From Thermodesulfobacteriota bacterium (GTDB lineage: Bacteria; Desulfobacterota; WTBG01; JAGOGO01), in the NCBI GenBank assembly GCA_026625185.1, contig CP113000.1:2922651-2954650 (forward strand): a stretch of DNA of 32,000 nucleotides, in the 5' to 3' direction. Positions 26,134-32,000 of this stretch are shown one piece after another. Within the stretch, counting starts at the first letter, position 1. Each line of letters starts with the position of its first letter. A program made the translations under genes and the position numbers. The notes beneath the pieces were generated by a model. It made no database searches. It worked only from the letters and a program-made list of their open reading frames with translations, and had not been told where the DNA came from.

Positions 26134-26327
26134 GGCAATTCCCCATTACTTGTTAGTTAAACAACTTTCTTTCTTCACCGATTGGTTCGCCGCCGAACTG
26201 GGTCTGTATGGGCTTTCTTAACATTGCCGCAGCCTTCTCGATCATGTGCACAAAAGCTGCTTCTTCAATTGAGCGCTCAACCAACACCTTTTTTAAGCTG
26301 ATTTTGTCCAAATTGGACTAAAACAAT

Positions 26328-26370
26328 ATACTAATACTAACACTGACACTAACAACTAACACTGGCACTT
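26328..26370. repeat. Tandem hexanucleotide repeat AYACTR, about 7 units
   Basis: ATACTA ATACTA ACACTG ACACTA ACAACTA ACACTG GCACTT, directly abutting the stop codon of the DUF3786 gene (26371-26373). Confidence 0.7.
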
Positions 26371-27012
26371 TTACTTACCAAACGATGAAAAATAGGATTT
26401 TATTATTTTGATCATTACCTCCTGACCTAAAACCGCGATATCTTCGGTGGAGAAAAATTCCGTAATGCAGGCGTCAAAAAGGATTTGAAGATCAGGAGGA
26501 AACTCATCATCGGCAAACCATAAAACTAAGGTAACCGGCACGCGCGGAAACACGGAAATTTTTATCCCTGTATCACCGATGTTAACTGGTTGACCTCCCA
26601 GACCTTCCGCGATGGATTTAAAAGCCTGAGGTTTTGCGCTAAAGGTTTTGAGAAGCGGTTCAATGGATCTGCGGGCAAAGGCCGGATAATAAAATTCTCC
26701 GGAAGGGATTTCTTTGAAAGAGATTAACCTGTTTGCAAGGGGAATATCTTTAACACCATTAAGGTAATGAAGGATCAAAATCTGATTGGAAAGATTTATA
26801 TTCTCTCCGCTTTCCTTGAGAGAAAATTGGAAATGGGGAATAGTAACTTGGCAGGTAGTTTTAAAAGAAAGAAGATAAATCGTGCCCCCACCATCGGAAG
26901 GTTGCCATTCCGCGCCAGCGATCCGGCATCGTTCTTTTAAATCAGACTGCAAAAGAAGAACCTGAGCGAGTTCAAGAGCTTTCCGATATTCTTTATCGCG
27001 AGAGTAATCCAT
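26371..27012 (-). CDS. DUF3786-like protein commonly linked to acetyl-CoA pathway / metF clusters
   Basis: 213-aa ORF, 13 nt downstream of metF in the same operon. The assignment rests on recollection of the family's size, its N-terminal helical region (YRKALELAQVLL..DLKERCRIAGAEW) and genomic context. It was not searched. Confidence 0.55.
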   Translation of the reverse strand: MDYSRDKEYRKALELAQVLLLQSDLKERCRIAGAEWQPSDGGGTIYLLSFKTTCQVTIPHFQFSLKESGENINLSNQILILHYLNGVKDIPLANRLISFKEIPSGEFYYPAFARRSIEPLLKTFSAKPQAFKSIAEGLGGQPVNIGDTGIKISVFPRVPVTLVLWFADDEFPPDLQILFDACITEFFSTEDIAVLGQEVMIKIIKSYFSSFGK

Positions 27013-27025
27013 TGAAAAATTTTTT

Positions 27026-27910
27026 TTAACTGGCGGCGGCTAAAATTTCAGGAATCACCCCTTCCCTGCCGATGGCCATGATATGGACGCCGTCACAGAT
27101 CTTTTGCTCCCGCAATTGCCGGATCATCCTACCCGCAATTTCAACCCCTTTAGCTAACCCCTTTCCTTTTTCGGTGGAAGCCAGTTCATCAACAAGATTA
27201 TCGGGGACAAAAATCCCGGGAACGTTTTTATTCATGTATTTGGCCATACCGGCAGAAACCAAAAGTACCAAACCAGCCATGATCTTTATATCAAACTTTC
27301 GGGCATAATCCATGAACCTTCTGAAATTTTCGATATCATAGATGGCTTGAGTCTGAAAAAACCGCGCTCCCGCTTTAATCTTCTTTTCAAATTTTAGTAG
27401 TTGAGGCTCTATTGGTTTGGATTCTGGGGTTACGGTAGCCCCGATATAAAAATCAGTGCTTCCACTTAATTCATTGCCACCGATATCTTTCCCTTCATTG
27501 AGGGATTTAACCATGTGAATAAGCTGAGCCGAATCGAGGTCAAAGACCGGTTTGGCCTGGGGATGGTCCCCCACCGTGATATAATCACCAGTTAGACAAA
27601 GAACATTTCTGATCCCCAAGACATGGGCCCCCAGCAAGTCCGACTGCTGGGCGAGGCGATTCCGGTCTCTACAGGTCATCTGCAGAATGGGTTCACCACC
27701 CTTGTCCTTGATAATCTGACAGACTGCCAGGGAGGATATCCGCATTACCGAACTTTGGTTATCCGTCACATTGAGAGCATGAACTTTATCTTTGAGCAGG
27801 TCAATGTGATGGAACATCTCATCAATGTGGGTTCCTTTGGGAGGTCCCACTTCAGCCGTAATGGTAAATTCTCCTGACTCTAAGGTCTCGCGAAAACTTT
27901 TCTTATTCAT
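27026..27910 (-). CDS. metF: Methylenetetrahydrofolate reductase, MetF subunit
   Basis: MTHFR landmarks FTITAEVGPPKG, ALNVTDNQS, VLCLTGDY, ARFFQTQAIYD. The track start is 27934. The ATG at 27910 follows the SD aaggag and overlaps the metV stop by 8 nt, giving MNKKSFRETLESGEF. Confidence 0.88.
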   Translation of the reverse strand: MNKKSFRETLESGEFTITAEVGPPKGTHIDEMFHHIDLLKDKVHALNVTDNQSSVMRISSLAVCQIIKDKGGEPILQMTCRDRNRLAQQSDLLGAHVLGIRNVLCLTGDYITVGDHPQAKPVFDLDSAQLIHMVKSLNEGKDIGGNELSGSTDFYIGATVTPESKPIEPQLLKFEKKIKAGARFFQTQAIYDIENFRRFMDYARKFDIKIMAGLVLLVSAGMAKYMNKNVPGIFVPDNLVDELASTEKGKGLAKGVEIAGRMIRQLREQKICDGVHIMAIGREGVIPEILAAAS

Positions 27911-28586
27911 GGGCCTTCCCTTCTCCTTTTTCATAAGCCGGGTGGATCACTTTCCCTGGCTTGGTCTGGACATCATATCTCTTGGGTGGGAACAGCTTTT
28001 TGATGTTGTTTAACCCGCCGGTCTTTTCTAACCGTCGATAGATCAACGTCCAGGCACAGTCTTTTTCATTATCCACCTCGCATTTGCCCTCATTGGTACC
28101 GCCACAAGGGCCATTTAAAAGCCCTTTGGGACAAATAGTTACCGGACAGATGCCTCCAGTCTCTCCCAAAATGCAGTCACTGCACGCCATGCACCGCTGG
28201 GTCCACATCCCCTCATGTTCAGCCACCCCGATGAATCGGGTATTTAAACCGGGTAAGACCCTTTTGGTGTCATACATTTCCGCCAGAAATTGAACCCCCG
28301 CTCCGCAGGCTAGCGATACCACTACATCAGCATCGGAAACTTTTTTTGCTAAAGGTTCCAGGTATTCCTTGTCACATTGCCGTTCCACCGTGGTCTCGAT
28401 AATTTCTAATTCTCGTCCTTCTCTTTTGGCATCCAAGCGAAGCAAAGAGGCCAAGATTCCCACCTCTTTTTCCCCCCCTGCCATACATACGGCTACGCAG
28501 GTTCCGCAACCCACGATAAGTATCTTGTGAGCGTCACCCACAATTTGTTTTATTTCATCAAATGTTTTTCGCTCGGCAATAATCAT
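27903..28586 (-). CDS. metV: MetV (MTHFR C-terminal-domain, Cys-rich Fe-S/zinc-ribbon protein), small subunit partner of MetF
   Basis: 227 aa. Cys clusters GCGTCVAVC, LACGAG, QRCMACSDCILGETGGICPVTICPKGLLNGPCGG. Its ATG overlaps the mvhD stop (ATGA). Confidence 0.85.
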   Translation of the reverse strand: MIIAERKTFDEIKQIVGDAHKILIVGCGTCVAVCMAGGEKEVGILASLLRLDAKREGRELEIIETTVERQCDKEYLEPLAKKVSDADVVVSLACGAGVQFLAEMYDTKRVLPGLNTRFIGVAEHEGMWTQRCMACSDCILGETGGICPVTICPKGLLNGPCGGTNEGKCEVDNEKDCAWTLIYRRLEKTGGLNNIKKLFPPKRYDVQTKPGKVIHPAYEKGEGKAHE

Positions 28587-29032
28587 TGTATCCTCCTGAT
28601 GGCTGGCCTCTTTCTGTTTTTGATTTTTTTAAGCGGGCTCGGGCCAAATTCCTTGGCTATTTTGGTCATTTCATCGGCAGCATGGGCAAATTCCTTGGCG
28701 TCTGAAGCCCCCATGTTAAACATCTTTAGGCGTTCAGGCTCGATTTTAACCTCAGCTAATAACCCCTTAGTGTAATTTACTCTTTTCTTGGCTCGAATAT
28801 TTCCTTCCAGGAAATGACATTCTCCCTCCATTCACCCGGCCACAAACACGGCATCCGCGCCTCCCTCAAAAGCCTTCAAGAGGTGCAGGATATCAAGCTT
28901 TCCAGTACATTGAAGTTTGATAATCCTGACATAAGGAGAATATTCCAACCTCATCGATCCAGCCAGGTCAGCAGCCGTGTAAGCACAATAATTACAGCAG
29001 AAAGCCACAACTTTGGGTTCAAAATCTGTCAT
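28583..29032 (-). CDS. mvhD: MvhD-like [2Fe-2S] electron-transfer protein with an in-frame UGA (probable selenocysteine)
   Basis: Track ORFs 28832-29032 and 28583-28831 are contiguous in one frame, separated only by a TGA (28834-28832). The joined protein reads ...KVVAFCCNYCAYTAADLAG...GGADAVFVAG-U-MEGECHFLEGN. The UGA sits where Cys-type MvhD has GGCHLGDCHY (recalled Methanothermobacter sequence). Confidence 0.8.
28799..28815 (-). other. Candidate bacterial SECIS hairpin downstream of the mvhD UGA
   Basis: The minus-strand RNA reads UGA-N16-AUUUCC-UGGAA-GGAAAU: a perfect 6-bp stem and a 5-nt G-containing loop. The loop starts about 25 nt after the UGA, within the spacing range recalled for bacterial SECIS elements. 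Confidence 0.45.
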
Positions 29033-29069
29033 CCCGATCCCTTTCTTGAGTATTCCTGATTATGATCAT

Positions 29070-32000
29070 TCACCCCGCTTCCCGTTGGTCAAAAAGTATC
29101 TCGCACTCAGCAATTATTTGATTATCCTTATAGTGCTGGACATCAATAGCTTTACGGGGACAGGCACTGGCGCAGATCCCACAGCCTTGGCAAGCAGCCG
29201 GCTCGATATAGGCCACACCTTCTTCGGTGATAGCCGGAACATGGAAGGGACACTCCCGAACACAGGTAAGGCAGGCGGCACACTGATCCTGATCCACCAC
29301 TGAAACCGCGCCTCCCACATATCGCTTATTCTGAGAAATAATAGTGACGGCGCGAGCCGCCGTACCCCGGGCCTGAGCGATACTTTCATTTATGAATTTT
29401 GGGGAGTGAGCCAAACCAGCCATAAAAAACCCCTCATTGGAAAAATCCAAGGGCCGGAGTTTCATATGAGCCTCTAAAAAAAACTTATCGGCGTTAAGAG
29501 GAAGTTTCAATTTGGCGGCAAGTTCTTCGCAATCCGGCCGTGGATGAATACCAGCGCTGAGGATCAAATAATCCGGATTAAGCAGAATTTCCCGATTGAG
29601 GATCTCATCGAACATCTTAATTTTAATTTTTCCATCCTCAACATTCACCACAGGCTTTCGATCAACCTCGTAACGCACAAAAACGACTCCCTTCTCTCGA
29701 GCTTCTTTATAATAGAGTTCATTAAATCCATAGGTTCGAATGTCCCGATAAAGAATATAGATGGTGACCTCCGGGTTCATCTCTTTGAGTTTAAGAGCAT
29801 TCTTTATCGCTTCCGTGCAACAAATGCGACTGCAGAAGGGGTGCTTTTCATCCCGTGACCCAACACACTGAATCATAACCACTTTGCGGGCGGTCTTAAC
29901 GTTCTCTTCACCCTGGGCAAGTTTTTCTTCAAAAGAAAGTTGGGTTAAGATATTATCACTGCTCCCATGGCCATACTCAGTGGGATGATATTGCTGGGCA
30001 CCGGTAGCTAAGATTACCACGCCGTGAGCTATTTCCTCTTCTTTACCCGGCGTGCGAATCCGGGTTTTAAACTTACCAACAAAGCCGGACAACTCTTCTA
30101 TCTCGGCTTCAGTAAAGATTTTAATCTTCGGGTGTCCTTTTACCTTATCGATAAGATTTTCAAGGAATGACTTTGGGTCCTGCCCGTCAAGGGTATAGAA
30201 TATGTTCCGGAGATTCCCCCCCAGTTCTTTTTCTTTTTCAATCAAGTAAGCATCAAAACCCTGCTCCGCCAGCGAGAGGGCCGCAGTCATCCCCGATACA
30301 CCCCCACCAATAATGAGAGCAGATTGGTTTATGTCCATCAGGATCTCATGGATTGGTTCTAACCGGGTGGCTCGAGCCACCGCCATCCTGACCAAGTCAT
30401 TAGCTTTTTCTGTGGCTTGCTTCGGGTTAGCAGCATGTACCCAGGAACACTGGTCACGGATATTAGCCATCTCAAAGAGGTACTTGTTGAGTCCGGCTTC
30501 CCGAAGAGTATCCTGAAAAAGTGGCTCATGTGTGCGCGGGGAGCAAGAAGCCACAACCACGCGGTTCAATTGATGTTCCTTGAGGGCATTGATGATCTTA
30601 AGCTGAGTGTCCGTGGAGCACGTATAAAGATTCTCTTCAGCGTAAGCAACAAAGGGAAGGGTTTTAGCATAGTCGGCAACCGAAGGAACATCAACCACCC
30701 GAGCAATGTTGGTCCCGCAGCGGCATACGAATACCCCCACTCGCGGCTCCTCTTTGCTAATGTCCCTCTCTTGCGGATAGGTTTTCTCCCGAACCAAGCT
30801 TCCCCGCACCTCTGATAACAGCTCCCCGGCAAGAGCTGCAGCGCTGCTGGACCCCATCACGGTCTCCGGGATATCCATGGGCGCTTCATAAGCACCCGCT
30901 ACGTAAATTCCCGGTCGGGAAGTCTGATTAGGGGTGAATGTCTGGGTTTGACAGAATCCAAACCGGTTAACGTTAATTCCGATCATTTTAGCCAGCTCAA
31001 CAATCTCAGGATGAGGAACCAGTCCTACGGATAGGACTACGATATCAAACTCTTCCTCTTTGATCTCTCCGTTGTCGAGCGTATACGTGAGAAGGAGGTT
31101 TCCGCTCTGCTGAAGTTCTTTTATCCCCGATATAATCCCTTTGACATAACGAACCCCATAATTATTTTTGGCCGACTCGTAATAAAATTCAAAACCTTTT
31201 CCAAATGCCCGAATATCATTGTAAAAAATACTTGCCTCCAGCCCCGGCACATGATCAACCGCCATAATGGCTTCCTTGGTGGCATACATACAGCATACGG
31301 AGGAACAGTATTCATTTCCGCACAAGCTATCCCTCGAACCAACACACTGGATCCAAGCTATTTTTTTCGGTTCCTTATGATCCGAGGGTCTGATCACATG
31401 ACTCTGGTAAGGACCAGAGGATGAGAGAACTCGTTCAAATTGGATACTGGTCAGTACATTTTTCATCCGACCATGACCATATTCGTCCTTCAGTTGAGGA
31501 TTAAACTTTTCAAATCCTGGAGTAAGAATAATAGCCCCTACATCTACTTCATATATTTCGTCTTCCTGTTTATATTTAATAGCTTTAGCCTCACAGAAGC
31601 TCTCACACGCTTTACATGCATAATTTAAAAAATGCATACATGTCGTGCGATCAATAACCGGAGTTTTTGGTACTGCCTGGGGAAATGGTGAATAGATAGA
31701 TGGCCGCGAAACCAATCCCTCATCAAAAACAGAACTAATAGGTAGTGGTTTATTTTTGGAAAATTTTTCAAGATTAATAGCCCCAGTAGGGCAAATCATC
31801 TCACATGCTCCACAGGTGACACATATAGAGGAGTGCTCTCCGAATGGTGGAGAGACTATCCGGCTGGAACCGCGGTTTATAAAATTGATTGCGCCCACCC
31901 CCATAAGTTCCTGGCATACACGTACGCAGAGCCCGCATAGTACACACTTCTCCTCGTTTGGCTGAAAACGCTCATATCTTGATCTATCTATTCCAATTTC
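29070..32000 (-). CDS. hdrA: Large HdrA-like flavoprotein with two HdrA modules and several ferredoxin motifs; 5' end outside window
   Basis: The frame stays open from 32000; codons upstream of the track's Met read ...EKCVLCGLCVRVCQEL. Two HdrA signature motifs: IQCVGSRDSLCGNEYCSSVCC and IQCVGSRDEKHPFCSRICC. FAD fingerprint IIGGGVSGMTAAL. Ferredoxin motifs CVTCGACEMICP, CAACLTCVRECP and CQGCGICASACP. Confidence 0.88.
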   Translation of the reverse strand, partial: EIGIDRSRYERFQPNEEKCVLCGLCVRVCQELMGVGAINFINRGSSRIVSPPFGEHSSICVTCGACEMICPTGAINLEKFSKNKPLPISSVFDEGLVSRPSIYSPFPQAVPKTPVIDRTTCMHFLNYACKACESFCEAKAIKYKQEDEIYEVDVGAIILTPGFEKFNPQLKDEYGHGRMKNVLTSIQFERVLSSSGPYQSHVIRPSDHKEPKKIAWIQCVGSRDSLCGNEYCSSVCCMYATKEAIMAVDHVPGLEASIFYNDIRAFGKGFEFYYESAKNNYGVRYVKGIISGIKELQQSGNLLLTYTLDNGEIKEEEFDIVVLSVGLVPHPEIVELAKMIGINVNRFGFCQTQTFTPNQTSRPGIYVAGAYEAPMDIPETVMGSSSAAALAGELLSEVRGSLVREKTYPQERDISKEEPRVGVFVCRCGTNIARVVDVPSVADYAKTLPFVAYAEENLYTCSTDTQLKIINALKEHQLNRVVVASCSPRTHEPLFQDTLREAGLNKYLFEMANIRDQCSWVHAANPKQATEKANDLVRMAVARATRLEPIHEILMDINQSALIIGGGVSGMTAALSLAEQGFDAYLIEKEKELGGNLRNIFYTLDGQDPKSFLENLIDKVKGHPKIKIFTEAEIEELSGFVGKFKTRIRTPGKEEEIAHGVVILATGAQQYHPTEYGHGSSDNILTQLSFEEKLAQGEENVKTARKVVMIQCVGSRDEKHPFCSRICCTEAIKNALKLKEMNPEVTIYILYRDIRTYGFNELYYKEAREKGVVFVRYEVDRKPVVNVEDGKIKIKMFDEILNREILLNPDYLILSAGIHPRPDCEELAAKLKLPLNADKFFLEAHMKLRPLDFSNEGFFMAGLAHSPKFINESIAQARGTAARAVTIISQNKRYVGGAVSVVDQDQCAACLTCVRECPFHVPAITEEGVAYIEPAACQGCGICASACPRKAIDVQHYKDNQIIAECEILFDQREAG

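Noticed and set aside
26362-26378. TGGCAC at the end of the hexamer array as a sigma-54 promoter
   Set aside because: The -12 position reads CTTA rather than TTGC, and there is no plus-strand gene downstream.

Overview
The window looks like chromosomal DNA from an anaerobic, moderately AT-rich bacterium. That is inferred from gene content (Wood-Ljungdahl-type hdrA-mvhD-metV-metF, a sigma-54 regulator, selenocysteine use) and is not a database result. All calls come from reading translations and motifs by eye; no searches were run. Genes, left to right:
- A 5' part of a Cache/HAMP sensor (-), a parvulin PPIase (-) and ubiE/menG (+).
- An ISL3 transposase remnant.
- A sigma-54 enhancer-binding protein with a degenerate receiver domain.
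- A candidate sigma-54 promoter, then a tight plus-strand operon: two small proteins, lysine 2,3-aminomutase (kamA), two Ddl-like ATP-grasp ligases, a GNAT and a SYLF protein.
- A J-domain protein, a beta-CASP MBL nuclease and a LOG-family protein.
- Prohibitin (-), a hypothetical (-), ThiF/MoeB (-), prfB with its +1 frameshift (-) and ftsB (-).
- crt-hbd-thiolase (-).
- An internally deleted IS200 tnpA remnant.
- A TIM-barrel isomerase (+), a threonine-synthase-like fragment and pgk (-).
- DUF3786-metF-metV-mvhD-hdrA (-). mvhD carries an in-frame UGA (probable Sec). hdrA has tandem modules and runs off the window.

I found no rRNA, tRNA or CRISPR array. The best candidate for an undescribed system is the kamA + two ATP-grasp + GNAT operon. 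Other points of interest are a ~125-bp TIR element present as an inverted pair 7.1 kb apart, recoding sites, repeat families and leaderless-looking promoters.
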